A stretch of DNA of 63,674 nucleotides, counting the filler. It is 7 parts of 7 records of this genome, joined end to end, with 100 filler letters (N's around TTAATTAATTAA, not from the genome) between each part and the next. Parts side by side here need not be neighbours in the genome. Positions count along the whole stretch, not along the records: positions 9,476 to 37,669 come from SRR20825010_584; 6 more parts are not named here. One strand, written 5' to 3'. Every line of letters begins with the position of its first letter. Positions within the stretch are counted from its first letter, which is position 1. The translations under genes were made by a program, and so were the position numbers. Of the stretch, positions 10,447 to 20,615 are shown piece after piece. Under the pieces are notes generated by a model. That model was not told the origin of the DNA. It saw only the letters and a program-made list of their open reading frames with translations, and made no database searches.

Positions 10447-11805
10447 ATGAACATGATTGAAACCATCAAGTCTCTTCCTATGGCTTTGGCAACCGCTGCG
10501 ATCCTCGCCGCTCTGCCAATGCCTGAGGGCACCCCTCTGGGGAGTAAAGCGTTCGCGCAAGAGAAGGAAGAGTCATCATACGCTTCACGGGCAAAAACCC
10601 GTAAAGTTCCTGCCATGAGCGTGGATATCCACAAGAAGATCCAAAAAGCTCAGGAGGCAATGGACCTCAAGGAGTATGTGGAAGCCAAGGAGATCCTTAC
10701 GGATACTCTCGAAAGCAAACGCATCAACGACTATGAACGTGCCGTTGCCTGGCAACTTCGCGCGATGATTTCTTATGAAGAGGACGACACCGCAGGCACG
10801 ATCCGTGCCTACGAACAAATCCTTCAATATGCGGAAAGCATCCCGGAAGCGCTTGAACTGAACATCATCTATGGCCTAGCTCAGCTGTATTACAGCGAAG
10901 AAAACTACCAGAAGGCCATCGAGTATGTGAAGAAATGGGAACCTCGGGCTGAGGTCATCAGTGTAAACCACCTCGTGTTTATCGCGCAGGTTTATTACAC
11001 CCTGACCGATTTCGACAACTCACTGGCTTACATCTACCGCGCTATTTCCGACGCTCAGGCTGTGGACACAGTCGAAGTGAAGGAAACCTGGTACGGCATG
11101 GCTCTTTCCGCACACTGGGAACTTGGTCAATACACCAAGGTTCGCGATGTGCTTGAGATCCTGCTGATCAACTGGCCGAAGCCACAATACTGGATTCAGC
11201 TGGCTGGTGTTTATCAGGAACTTGGTGACGAAAAGACGTCTTACTCGCTGACAGAAGCGGCTTACAAACAAGGGTTCCTTGATGACAAGCCGCTTCAGCT
11301 GGTAAACGTTGCTCAGATCCAGCTTGCACGCGGTGCACCAATCAAATGTGCATGGGTTCTTGAGAAAGCCTTCAAAGAAGACCGTATCGAGAAAACCGCA
11401 CAGAACTACAGAACTCTTGGCCAATGTTACTTGATGGCCACCGAGTATGAGCGTGCGCTCAAGCCATTGACTGCTGCTGCGAAAAGCGAGGCAGACGGTG
11501 ACCTGTGGTTCCAGATTGCACAGGTGCAGATGCAGTTGACCCACTATACAGACGCCGTCAAAAGCTTTGACAATGTGGTTGAATCCTTCGATGGCACCAA
11601 AGATGAAAAAGACGCTGACAAGCGCCTTACATCTGTGATGCAGAAGGGGCAGGCCCTCACAGAGTTGAAGCGCTTCAAAGAAGCACATGCAGCTTTTGAT
11701 ACGGCCAACCGCATGGCGAAAGACCGCAAAGACAAGCGCATGATCACTCAGTGGCGCAACTATCTGAGAGCCGAACAAGCCCGCGAGGAAATGCTCGAAG
11801 GCTAA
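10447..11805 (+). CDS. Exported TPR protein of the TonB cluster (TtpD-like)
   Basis: Signal peptide ending AFA-Q and multiple TPR-like helical repeats; follows exbD-tonB; SD CAGGAG. Confidence 0.8.
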   Translation: MNMIETIKSLPMALATAAILAALPMPEGTPLGSKAFAQEKEESSYASRAKTRKVPAMSVDIHKKIQKAQEAMDLKEYVEAKEILTDTLESKRINDYERAVAWQLRAMISYEEDDTAGTIRAYEQILQYAESIPEALELNIIYGLAQLYYSEENYQKAIEYVKKWEPRAEVISVNHLVFIAQVYYTLTDFDNSLAYIYRAISDAQAVDTVEVKETWYGMALSAHWELGQYTKVRDVLEILLINWPKPQYWIQLAGVYQELGDEKTSYSLTEAAYKQGFLDDKPLQLVNVAQIQLARGAPIKCAWVLEKAFKEDRIEKTAQNYRTLGQCYLMATEYERALKPLTAAAKSEADGDLWFQIAQVQMQLTHYTDAVKSFDNVVESFDGTKDEKDADKRLTSVMQKGQALTELKRFKEAHAAFDTANRMAKDRKDKRMITQWRNYLRAEQAREEMLEG

Positions 11806-11832
11806 AGCTTCCAGACAAAAGGCAGATTACAA

Positions 11833-11860
11833 GCGGCGCTCCTTGGGGCGCCGTTTTTTT
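11833..11860 (+). terminator. Rho-independent terminator
   Basis: GCGGCGCTC-CTT-GGGGCGCCG followed by a T7 tract. Confidence 0.85.
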
Positions 11861-11969
11861 GTGGGGCCCTACATGCCTATCGGCGCACGGCTGCCATCTG
11901 CTTGATGCGCGTCAAACCAATCCCGCCACAATCGCGGTACACTGTCTCCATAGTTAAAGGAGGTCTATC

Positions 11970-12553
11970 ATCACCAAGACCATCGTCATCCTGCAGGGAC
12001 ACCCGGACCACAAGGAACAGCACCTGTGCCATACGCTCGCAACGCACTATAGGGAAGCAGCGGAAGCGACAGGGCATCAGGAAACCTGTGTCGATGTTGG
12101 CGCGCTCGATTTCCCACTCCTGACAAGCAAGGTTGAATGGGAAACAGGCGATACACCCGCAACGCTTCTTGCTGCTCAGGACGCCATCCTGCAGGCCAAA
12201 CATTTGGTGATCATCTACCCTTTATGGCTCGGCTCCATGCCGGCGAAACTAAAGGGGTTTCTAGAGCAGGCATTGCGGCCCTCGCTTACAGCCAGAGCCG
12301 CCTCCCCAACCAAATGGCGCTCGCTCCTTAAAGGATGCTCGGCCCGCGTCATTGTCACTATGGGAATGCCCGGCATTGCATATCGGGTATTCTACCTATC
12401 GCAGGGCCTCAAGGTCTTATGCCGCAACATACTGGCGTTCTCAGGCGTCGCGCCGATCCGAACAACGGTGGTTGGCATGGTAGAGAAAAAACAGATCGTG
12501 ACCTAGAGCGACTATTCGCCCGAATGAGAAAGCTGGGCGCAAACGCTACTTAA
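11970..12553 (+). pseudogene. Flavodoxin-fold NAD(P)H:quinone oxidoreductase with an ATC start and a frameshift
   Basis: SD AAAGGAGG is followed by ATC-ACC-AAG (ITKTIVILQGHPD...IIYPLWLGSMPAKLKGF). The family-like C-terminus (DLERLFARMRKLGANAT) continues in another frame after the A6 run at 12486-12491. Confidence 0.75.
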
Positions 12554-12610
12554 GTTATATTATAACTTTTTGTTAATGCCTTTTCATGATAATGTTACAT
12601 AGTAACGATT
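12552..12610. promoter_or_regulatory. Two Zur-type boxes upstream of the second tonB
   Basis: Perfect palindrome AAGTTATA-T-TATAACTT (12552-12568) and TGTTACATAGTAAC (12593-12606), matching the proteobacterial Zur core GTTATANTATAAC. Confidence 0.72.
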
Positions 12611-12622
12611 CAGGAGGGTATT

Positions 12623-13240
12623 ATGACCATCACACCATATGCAAGGGCGCTTCCCATCATGTCGGGCGCAGCGCTCACCACCTTCATGTTGTTCTTTCTG
12701 ATGCAAAACCTCGTACGCAATGACGGGCTTGAGCTGCTTGATGATGTCTCTGTTCTCCAATTCGATGGCGTTATCGAGAGCCCCATTCCCGAACCGGTTC
12801 GCAAAATTGAACGTCTAACTCCCCCGCCCAAACCTATAGAACTTGAGCCAATAGAGATTGATCGCCCGCCAACTACCGGCGGCCCCCAAATTGGCCTGCC
12901 CGCCCGCCCACAAAGGCCGGTGTCGGTAGGCAACGACACCAAAATCCAACTTGGTTTTTCCGACGGTGAACGCCTGCCGCTTGTGCGTGTACAGCCACAG
13001 TACCCGCGCCGCGCGCTCGAACGCGGCACAGAAGGCTCAGTTGTTGTTGAGTTCACTGTCACCGAGGACGGTACCGTTGAGGACGCCCAAGTCATAGAAG
13101 CCAACCCTGCGGGGTATTTCGAGCGTGCAGCCTTAGCAGCGATCTCGAAGTTCAAGTACAAACCCACTGTGGTTGACGGCAAGGCCTATGCCTCCAAAGG
13201 TGTGCGCTTCCGTATGGCGTTTGAACTGGCTGGCGAATAG
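12623..13240 (+). CDS. tonB: Energy transducer TonB (paralog 2)
   Basis: TM, Pro-rich linker and TonB_C (LPLVRVQPQYPRRA); SD CAGGAGG. Confidence 0.92.
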   Translation: MTITPYARALPIMSGAALTTFMLFFLMQNLVRNDGLELLDDVSVLQFDGVIESPIPEPVRKIERLTPPPKPIELEPIEIDRPPTTGGPQIGLPARPQRPVSVGNDTKIQLGFSDGERLPLVRVQPQYPRRALERGTEGSVVVEFTVTEDGTVEDAQVIEANPAGYFERAALAAISKFKYKPTVVDGKAYASKGVRFRMAFELAGE

Positions 13241-13250
13241 GAGGCATTTC

Positions 13251-13649
13251 ATGAGACCAATACGCACCAAAACGGGCGCTCAGGCAAAAGCCGATATGAC
13301 GCCCATGCTCGACATCGTATTTATCATGCTCATCTTCTTCATTGTCACCGCAACCTTTATGCGGGAAACGGGCATTAGGCCCAATATGCCGCAAGGCTCG
13401 AGCCCCAAGTCACCGCTTGAACCGATCGCATTTCAGATAGACGCGGAAAATCGCATCTTTTATGCAGGACGGTTGATCGACCCATGGCTCGTAGAACCCA
13501 TCATCAAAGGAGAGAGCGTGTTGCGCCCCAAAGCACCGGTCGTGATCTCCATAAACCCCGGGGCGCATACAGGAGCCTTTGTTCGCCTACATGACGAAGC
13601 GCGAAAAGCAGGCATGCCGAACGAGAGGATTGCGGTTCTGATTGAGTAA
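13251..13649 (+). CDS. exbD: ExbD (paralog 2)
   Basis: DMTPMLDIVFIMLIFFIVTATF; ATG 13251 follows an AGGAGG that overlaps the tonB stop. Confidence 0.9.
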   Translation: MRPIRTKTGAQAKADMTPMLDIVFIMLIFFIVTATFMRETGIRPNMPQGSSPKSPLEPIAFQIDAENRIFYAGRLIDPWLVEPIIKGESVLRPKAPVVISINPGAHTGAFVRLHDEARKAGMPNERIAVLIE

Positions 13650-13674
13650 TGGGCGTTACGACGGAACCGCGGGG

Positions 13675-13710
13675 AAGGGGTGGCGAAGGTTTGCCACCCC
13701 TTTTTTTCTT
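13675..13710 (+). terminator. Rho-independent terminator between convergent genes
   Basis: AAGGGGTGGCGAA-GG-TTTGCCACCCC followed by a T7 tract. Confidence 0.85.
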
Positions 13711-13714
13711 TTAC

Positions 13715-14974
13715 CTAGTCGACGATGGCGTCGTTCACGTAAGTGCGCATCTCGCCTCTGACATCATAAACACCGGTGGGTAGGATGTTTGTCATCAGGA
13801 TCGCCACGATATCGTGGGTGGGGTCGATCCAGAATACCGTATTGGCCATGCCGCCCCAGAAAAACTCTCCAACTTCACCCGTATTGCCAAACTTCGCCGG
13901 GTCAAGCACAACGGCAAAATCAAGCCCGAAACCAAGCCCGCGTTTGCCACCGGCGATGCCCGGCAGTGCTTCCGGCAATTGGTTCTTGGACATCATGGCA
14001 ACCGTTTCAGGCTTAAGGTATGTCACACCGTTCATGGTGCCACCGTTTGCGACCATTTGCGCAAACTTCCAATAGTCAGCCGTTGTGGAAACAAGACCAC
14101 CACCACCAGACTTGAACTGGGGGTTGATTGAATAGTCCTGCAGGAGTTTGTTGCGGGCAGCAATAAGCTTCTTCTCTTCGTCCAGCTCATAGATGCCAAC
14201 AAAACGATCAAGCTTATCCGCAGGCACATAGAAATCTGTGTCGCTCATCTCCAGCGGGTCAAATATCCGCTCTTTCAGAAATTCGTCAAACGGCTGGCCC
14301 GAAAGCACTTCAATCAGATAGCCCTGCACTTCAACTGAAAGAGAGTAAACCCACGCTGCGCCTGGCTGATAGAGAAGCGGTTGTTCGGCAAGCCTTGGCA
14401 CCCACTCGGCCATCGGCTGGTCCACGCCAATCAACTGGTTCTTGAGGTAACTTTTATCAACCGGCGTATCACCAAAAACACCGTAGGTAAGGCCAGAAGT
14501 ATGCCGCATCAGGTCACGCACAGTGATATCGCGCGCTGCGGGCTCTGTCTCAAGCGTGCCGTCTTCCGCTTCAGCCTTGAAAACGCGGGCGTCAGCAAAT
14601 TCTGGAATATATTTTGAAACCGGGTCGTCCAGTTCAAACTTGCCTTCTTCATAGAGCATCATAAGCGCCACACCGGTGACAGGCTTGGTCATGGAATAGA
14701 TGCGGAAGATGGCATCCTCCGCCAGCGTACGGCCACTTTCCATATCAAGCGCGCCATAGGTTTTGAAATGCGCAACCTTGCCCTTGCGCGCAACAAGCGT
14801 CGTCAAGCCAGCCAACTTGCCGTCGTCTACATAAGCCTGAAAATGCGCGCTCATCTCCGCCAGTTTTTCTGCAGAAAGACCCACTTCGGCGGGGTCAGCT
14901 TCCGGCAGCTCAGCGGCAAAAACGCCCATCGGCAGCAGACAGGCTAACACAAGCGACAGTATGTATTTTTTCAT
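13715..14974 (-). CDS. Secreted serine hydrolase (beta-lactamase/class C-like esterase)
   Basis: Signal peptide MKKYILSL...VFA after SD GGGAGG; SxxK (SMTK), HTSGL and WGG. Confidence 0.9.
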   Translation of the reverse strand: MKKYILSLVLACLLPMGVFAAELPEADPAEVGLSAEKLAEMSAHFQAYVDDGKLAGLTTLVARKGKVAHFKTYGALDMESGRTLAEDAIFRIYSMTKPVTGVALMMLYEEGKFELDDPVSKYIPEFADARVFKAEAEDGTLETEPAARDITVRDLMRHTSGLTYGVFGDTPVDKSYLKNQLIGVDQPMAEWVPRLAEQPLLYQPGAAWVYSLSVEVQGYLIEVLSGQPFDEFLKERIFDPLEMSDTDFYVPADKLDRFVGIYELDEEKKLIAARNKLLQDYSINPQFKSGGGGLVSTTADYWKFAQMVANGGTMNGVTYLKPETVAMMSKNQLPEALPGIAGGKRGLGFGLDFAVVLDPAKFGNTGEVGEFFWGGMANTVFWIDPTHDIVAILMTNILPTGVYDVRGEMRTYVNDAIVD

Positions 14975-15178
14975 GGTGACATCCTCCCTCAGTGAAAAGA
15001 TAGCCCAAGCCCGGATCAAGGCAATAGAAGGCCCGAGAAAAGGCGGCAAGGCCCGCACTAACTGCGTGGCCCTTTAGCGTTTACTTTGCCCTAACCATGT
15101 TTGGTTACAATATTTCTAGAAACCCCAAGGGGATATGGCGTAAACTGGCCTCAATGGGGGTCATAGACTGGGAATTCT

Positions 15179-16123
15179 ATGAACCGGATGCTCATGCCTC
15201 TCAAACCTCTACTATGGCCTCTCTGGGCTATATGGTTGAGCGCGGCAGTTATAACCCTGGGCCCTTCCCTGCGCGCAGACGTGATCATCGTCGATTCGTA
15301 CAAGCACCACACCAGCATGCAGATAGCGCACGGTATCAGCAAAAACTGCCCGGCCTGCGGCACGATCAAATATATGGATATGCAGCGCGAGCCTTCCATT
15401 GGTCGTGAAATCATCAAAGACCTGCGGCTGAGAAAAGCAGACGGCACTCTCGATCTGGTTATCGCCCTGGGGCCACGCGCTGCCAGTCTTATTGCTCACG
15501 GTCTGCCAGACACACCGACCCTGTTCACCGTGCATGATGAACCGGATGAGGATTTAATCAGCAACCGCCAGCTAACATTCTTTGATGCTCGCCCCCCTCT
15601 TCCGCTTCAGCTTGAAGCGCTGGCAACACTGAAACCCGGCATCCAGACCGTTGGCATTATTGCCCGCCGGGAAACGCTAGAGCCCGTACGCCAAAGCGTC
15701 ATTGAGGCCGCTCAGGCACAACACATCAACCTGCGTGTTTATTATGTGGAAGCCCCTCAGGACGTAGGTGCAGGCCTCAGGCAGGCCATCAAGGAATCTG
15801 ACGGCCTTATTTTCCTGCGTGACCCAATGGTGCTCAACAGTGATACTGTGCGCTATATCCTGAGGCTGACATTGGAAAACCAGATCCCGACCTTTGTCTA
15901 TTCCTCATCACTTGTGAATATGGGGATGACAGCGACATTGCAAGCAGACCCGGTGAAGCTTGGGGGGCGAATTGGCGCTGCGTCTCAGGCGCGACTAACA
16001 GGTGCCACCCTGACGGACATCACGTCCGAAGCGGACATTTTCATCCTTGAGGTCAATGAGCGCACAATGCGTCATATACCCGGCGCAACAACACCTAAAG
16101 GCCGGGAGGTGGTTTTTAAATGA
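15179..16123 (+). CDS. Periplasmic ABC substrate-binding-like protein (PF04392-type) coupled to a sensor kinase
   Basis: Signal peptide; [21 protein letters not shown] and IPTFVYS pattern; overlaps the next gene (ATGA). Confidence 0.65.
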   Translation: MNRMLMPLKPLLWPLWAIWLSAAVITLGPSLRADVIIVDSYKHHTSMQIAHGISKNCPACGTIKYMDMQREPSIGREIIKDLRLRKADGTLDLVIALGPRAASLIAHGLPDTPTLFTVHDEPDEDLISNRQLTFFDARPPLPLQLEALATLKPGIQTVGIIARRETLEPVRQSVIEAAQAQHINLRVYYVEAPQDVGAGLRQAIKESDGLIFLRDPMVLNSDTVRYILRLTLENQIPTFVYSSSLVNMGMTATLQADPVKLGGRIGAASQARLTGATLTDITSEADIFILEVNERTMRHIPGATTPKGREVVFK

Positions 16124-17832
16124 GCTTACCTGACGATACCCCCATGATCCCGGCCTCCTCTCGCCCCAGTGCGCGGAGCTTTGTTGACCGCTTTACGCTC
16201 AGAACACGCGCTATCGCTTTTCTCGTTCTTTTCGTGGCCGCCGTTGGCGGCATGATGGCGATGGTATTTATCGGCACCACCAGCCAACTCATGACCGCTG
16301 ATCTTGAAAAACGCGGGCGTGTTGCTGCGGCTGGCATTGCAGAGAACGTCAAACTCGGGCTTCTGGTAGCCGACCGGGAGCTCCTTAAAACAGCGCTGGC
16401 CCCCTACCTGCTCGACCCCGACATCATACACATTGATGTTGTGGCCTCAGACGGCGTGATGCTCATCAGTCTACCTGAAGATATCAGACCGCTGGAGGTT
16501 GCCGACACCTTGTTGGAGGAAACCTTCGCTACAAAAGAAATCGTCATTCAGAAGCTTTCCGACGCAGCGGCCAGCTCTTCCGATATGCCCGGCTATCATA
16601 TCGGCGCCCCCGTGCTGCGCGATGTCATTGCCGGTAGTGATACGCCAGAAGAAATGGACCGCAACATGGCCCATTCGGATATCATTGGCATGGTTCGGGT
16701 CGGGCTTTCAACCGAACGAATGCACGAACAAATTGATACGCTCATCAGCCGTGCTGGGCTTGTTGCCGCTTTCCTCGCCGTTCTTGGTCTTGCCGTCGCA
16801 TCCATCCTCCTTCGGGCATGGATTGCCCCACTTGACACCCTCACGCGCATCGCGCGGAAGATTTACACCAACGGCCTTGATGACGCGATGGAAAGCGAGG
16901 ACCTTTCTGCCATCGCATCCGCCAGTTCAGAGCACAATTCCAGCGAATTAACGACCTTACAAATCGCCTTCCTAGACATGCTGGAAGAGATGAAACAGCA
17001 CGATATTCTGCAGGCTGAGCAAAAGGACCGGTTGGAGCAGATGGTGGTGGAACGCACGATGGAACTGACCTTCGCCAAGGAGGAGGCCGAGGCCGCCAAT
17101 ATCGCTAAATCCAAGTTCCTCGCTTCCATGAGCCACGAGCTACGCACACCGCTGAACGCTGTGATTGGGTTTTCCGAAATGCTGAAAGGCGATATCCCGG
17201 TGACGCCAGAGCAGGAAAAAGAATATCTCACCTATATCTGCGATAGCGGCAAACACCTGCTTGATATCATCAATGATATTCTCGACCTATCCAAGCTCGA
17301 GGCTGGCAGGTTTGAACTGCAAATCAGGGACGCGCTGCTGGATGAGGTTGTCACGGCGGCCGCGGCACTCAGCCAGCCATTCATTGAGCGCAAGAACCTG
17401 CGCTTCAGCCTGGATTGTCCTCGCCTTCAGGTCAGGACTGATACGCGCATCCTCAAGCAGGTTATCATCAACCTTGTTTCAAACGCCGTGAAATTCACCC
17501 CGGCCGACGGTGAGGTTTCCGTTCATGCCTATGAATGTGGTGACAACTATTGTCTCACCATTGCCGATACGGGCATTGGCATGAGCGAAGCGGAAATAGA
17601 TGTCGCCATGCAGCCCTTTGCCCAGGTAAGCGGACATATGTACATCCGGCAGGATGAGGGCTCAGGCACCGGCCTTGGACTTCCGCTGGTTGAACATTTT
17701 GTGCTGCTTATGAAAGGCGACATGAAGATCGAGTCTGAAAAAGGCCAGGGCACCAAGGTACATCTCACACTACCCAAATACCCAGAACCCCTTGATACTC
17801 ACAAATCAGACGATGATTTCGACTATATCTGA
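16120..17832 (+). CDS. Membrane sensor histidine kinase (2 TM, HAMP-like, HisKA, HATPase), PleC/DivJ-like
   Basis: H-box [29 protein letters not shown] and GTGLGL. Confidence 0.92.
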   Translation: MSLPDDTPMIPASSRPSARSFVDRFTLRTRAIAFLVLFVAAVGGMMAMVFIGTTSQLMTADLEKRGRVAAAGIAENVKLGLLVADRELLKTALAPYLLDPDIIHIDVVASDGVMLISLPEDIRPLEVADTLLEETFATKEIVIQKLSDAAASSSDMPGYHIGAPVLRDVIAGSDTPEEMDRNMAHSDIIGMVRVGLSTERMHEQIDTLISRAGLVAAFLAVLGLAVASILLRAWIAPLDTLTRIARKIYTNGLDDAMESEDLSAIASASSEHNSSELTTLQIAFLDMLEEMKQHDILQAEQKDRLEQMVVERTMELTFAKEEAEAANIAKSKFLASMSHELRTPLNAVIGFSEMLKGDIPVTPEQEKEYLTYICDSGKHLLDIINDILDLSKLEAGRFELQIRDALLDEVVTAAAALSQPFIERKNLRFSLDCPRLQVRTDTRILKQVIINLVSNAVKFTPADGEVSVHAYECGDNYCLTIADTGIGMSEAEIDVAMQPFAQVSGHMYIRQDEGSGTGLGLPLVEHFVLLMKGDMKIESEKGQGTKVHLTLPKYPEPLDTHKSDDDFDYI

Positions 17833-17853
17833 GCTATAGACCCTGCTGATCGC

Positions 17854-19860
17854 CTAAATTGAGACTGGCAGGTCCGGCTGAGGCTGCAATGGCTGTGACG
17901 CCAGCAACTTGTATAGATCGGAGAGCCGCGTGGGTTTCGCGAGAAACCCGGCAAAACCACACTCATTGTATAGTTTCACATCGCCCTGAGTAACGTTTGC
18001 CGTAAGCGCAACAATAGGGACATCTGCATTGAATTTGCGAATTTCCCGTGTTGCCGTAATGCCATCCATTTCCGGCATCTGTATGTCCATGAAAACAATA
18101 TCAAACGCACATTCGCGCATCTTCGCAATTGCGTCCGCACCGTTGATAGCGCGCACGATGGTGCAGCCCGTGGGGCGCATCATCTTGCTGAAAAGTACAG
18201 AATTCAGCTCTACGTCCTCGGCGTGCAGAACCATGCGGCCCCGCAAGTCCGGGGCAGCGGCGGAGTCCTGTGTACGTTCTTTCTGGCGCCGCTCACCTTG
18301 CTTGAGCGGCAGACTGATACGGAAAAGCGTACCCTCCCCCTTTTTACTATAAAGCTTGATCGTACCTCCCATCAGATCGATCAGACTGCGCACAATGGAA
18401 AGGCCCAACCCGGTACCGCCAAAACGCCGATTGATAGACGCATCGGCCTGCACAAATGAGCTGAAAATCTTGCTCTGTTCCTCCTGACTAATACCAATAC
18501 CGGTGTCAGACACCACAAACTCGAGCATGGATTGGTTGTCCATATAGCGTGACGCAACACGGATACTTACCGTGCCCTTATCGGTAAACTTAATCGCATT
18601 GCTGACAAGGTTCATCAATATCTGGCCGATGCGGGTTTCGTCCCCTATCCAGAAACGATGCAGGCCATCTTCAAGCACCAGCTCAAACTTCACATCTTTC
18701 TCGCCAAGGCTGGTGCGGGCATTGCGTTCTATATAATTGAGGATCTTATCCAGAACAAACGGGGCTTCCTCAAGGGTCAATTGCCGTGCCTCGATTTTGG
18801 AAAAATCAAGGATATCACTAATCACATGCATCAGGTTATCGGCCGAGCTTTTGGCAGCCTCCAGCAAATCCCTCTGTCCCGCAGATAATTTTTCCTGATC
18901 CAGAAGCTGAATCACACCAATCATGCCGTTCATCGGTGTACGTATTTCGTGTGACATATGCGCAAGGAACTTGGATTTTTCCAAGCTGGCTGCTTCTGCT
19001 TCCCGCTTCGCAAGCAAAAGCTCATTCTCATAGGCTTCCTGTTTCCTGAGAAACCTGACAGCAAAAAGAAAAGCAAGGCAAACGCCCATCAAAAAGATCA
19101 CTCGGATAATGTGCCGCCTTGGTGCATAAGGGGCCTCCGCCGCAAGCTGCCAACTACCGGATGGCAGCTTCAGTGTCGACAGCGTCGCGGCATCACTGGA
19201 AAACAATGTCTCGTCGCCAAAGATCATGTCCCCCGAACTGCCAAGGGCATCCTTGCCGCGAATAGCGAGCTTGGCATCAGGCAACACCGCGTGCACCTCT
19301 GTCAGCAACGCGTCCACATCAAGCACAACAGACACCATACCCCACAGCGTGCCGTCACTTGCCCGGAAAACCGGCTGTCGAGCGATAATACCCTGCCCGC
19401 CTTGCACAAGCGTGAGAGGACCAGCAAGGACCGTGGTATTCTCTTCAATCGCGCGTTCAACCATTTCAAACTGCTTGATATTGGTGCGGAAGTTGAGCCC
19501 GACAGCCTTTTCATTCCCCTCAAGGGGGTACATGTGCGAGATAATCAGGTCTCGGGCCGCACCCATGTTTCTGATCTGGTTCTCCTGAGTAAGAAGGTCG
19601 CGTGCGAACGCCTCATATTGAGCCTGATCAATCTCGGGTTCGACGGAGATATAGGACTTCAGGCTGGCCGTCAGCGCCAGGTTCTGGATGAGTTTTTCTT
19701 CCAGAACCGCTCGGTACTCCGACACAAGGTCAGTTGACCGCGCATGATGTTCCTGCGCCTGTGCCTGCAAAAGGAAATAGAAAAGGATTGCGCCCCCGAT
19801 CAGGAAGAGGGCGCTGGTAACAAGGATACGCTTTTTGTATTTTTCTAGCATGCTCACCAT
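17854..19860 (-). CDS. CHASE-domain hybrid histidine kinase with receiver domain
   Basis: CHASE motifs (YPLEGNEKAVG, LAGPLTLVQGG), SHEIRTPMNG, and receiver FMDIQMPEMDG...KP. Confidence 0.92.
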   Translation of the reverse strand: MVSMLEKYKKRILVTSALFLIGGAILFYFLLQAQAQEHHARSTDLVSEYRAVLEEKLIQNLALTASLKSYISVEPEIDQAQYEAFARDLLTQENQIRNMGAARDLIISHMYPLEGNEKAVGLNFRTNIKQFEMVERAIEENTTVLAGPLTLVQGGQGIIARQPVFRASDGTLWGMVSVVLDVDALLTEVHAVLPDAKLAIRGKDALGSSGDMIFGDETLFSSDAATLSTLKLPSGSWQLAAEAPYAPRRHIIRVIFLMGVCLAFLFAVRFLRKQEAYENELLLAKREAEAASLEKSKFLAHMSHEIRTPMNGMIGVIQLLDQEKLSAGQRDLLEAAKSSADNLMHVISDILDFSKIEARQLTLEEAPFVLDKILNYIERNARTSLGEKDVKFELVLEDGLHRFWIGDETRIGQILMNLVSNAIKFTDKGTVSIRVASRYMDNQSMLEFVVSDTGIGISQEEQSKIFSSFVQADASINRRFGGTGLGLSIVRSLIDLMGGTIKLYSKKGEGTLFRISLPLKQGERRQKERTQDSAAAPDLRGRMVLHAEDVELNSVLFSKMMRPTGCTIVRAINGADAIAKMRECAFDIVFMDIQMPEMDGITATREIRKFNADVPIVALTANVTQGDVKLYNECGFAGFLAKPTRLSDLYKLLASQPLQPQPDLPVSI

Positions 19861-19895
19861 TACGTTGACCCCGCAAACACTTATAGGTCAGAGCG

Positions 19896-19911
19896 GTTAA
19901 GCAGCCGTTAA
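19896..19911 (-). promoter_or_regulatory. CtrA box upstream of the CHASE kinase
   Basis: The minus strand reads TTAA-CGGCTGC-TTAAC (exact TTAA-N7-TTAAC) followed by a CTATAAG -10-like element. Confidence 0.7.
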
Positions 19912-19967
19912 AATGAAGCGCGCACCAGCGTTTGCCAGCGCGCGCTTATACTCAATAACGCAGAGCT

Positions 19968-20585
19968 TTAGGCCGCAGCCTTATACTCCACCCCCTCAGC
20001 GCCCAACGCTTGCTGGAAGGACGGTAGGGCAGATACCTCTGCCAACATGCGGCGCACATTTTCACCAAGTGGGATATCCACAGGGAAATAGCCGCCCCAG
20101 TTGGCGTAAACTGTCAGCATGATATCGGCGATGCTGACCTTGTCACCGGTCACGAACCGGGTTTCCTGGAGTTGTTTATCAACCAACGACCAAAGCTTGG
20201 CAGCCGCACCTGCCGCAGCCTCAAACGCCTTACCCTGTGCCGCATCGCCGTCCAGAGCCCGCGCCACAAAAAAGAGCTTGCTGTAGGCTGGGTGCACAGT
20301 GGCGTTAGCATACAGTAACCACTGCAGCGCGTTTGCCCGCCCCGGTGTGCCAGCCGCAGGCAACAGGTCACTGCCGTGTTTCTCAACAAGATGAAGCACG
20401 ATTGCAGCCCCTTCACGGATCAGCATGTCACCGTCCCTGAGCACAGGCACAGCCCCCAGCGGGTTGATGGTGGCAAAGTCTTCAACATCGCTTTTGTTAA
20501 TGAGTTCAAACGGCTGGCCCAGTTCTATAAGCAGGGCGTGGATCGCCAGCGAACAGACGCCGGGGGAATAATAAAGCTGATACAT
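19968..20585 (-). CDS. Glutathione S-transferase (beta-class-like)
   Basis: LYYSPGVCSLA, NPLGAVPVL, EGAAI and SIADI; ATG 20585 after SD AAGGAG. Confidence 0.9.
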   Translation of the reverse strand: MYQLYYSPGVCSLAIHALLIELGQPFELINKSDVEDFATINPLGAVPVLRDGDMLIREGAAIVLHLVEKHGSDLLPAAGTPGRANALQWLLYANATVHPAYSKLFFVARALDGDAAQGKAFEAAAGAAAKLWSLVDKQLQETRFVTGDKVSIADIMLTVYANWGGYFPVDIPLGENVRRMLAEVSALPSFQQALGAEGVEYKAAA

Positions 20586-20615
20586 ATCTGTCTCCTTTTT
20601 CATTTTTAACTAGGT

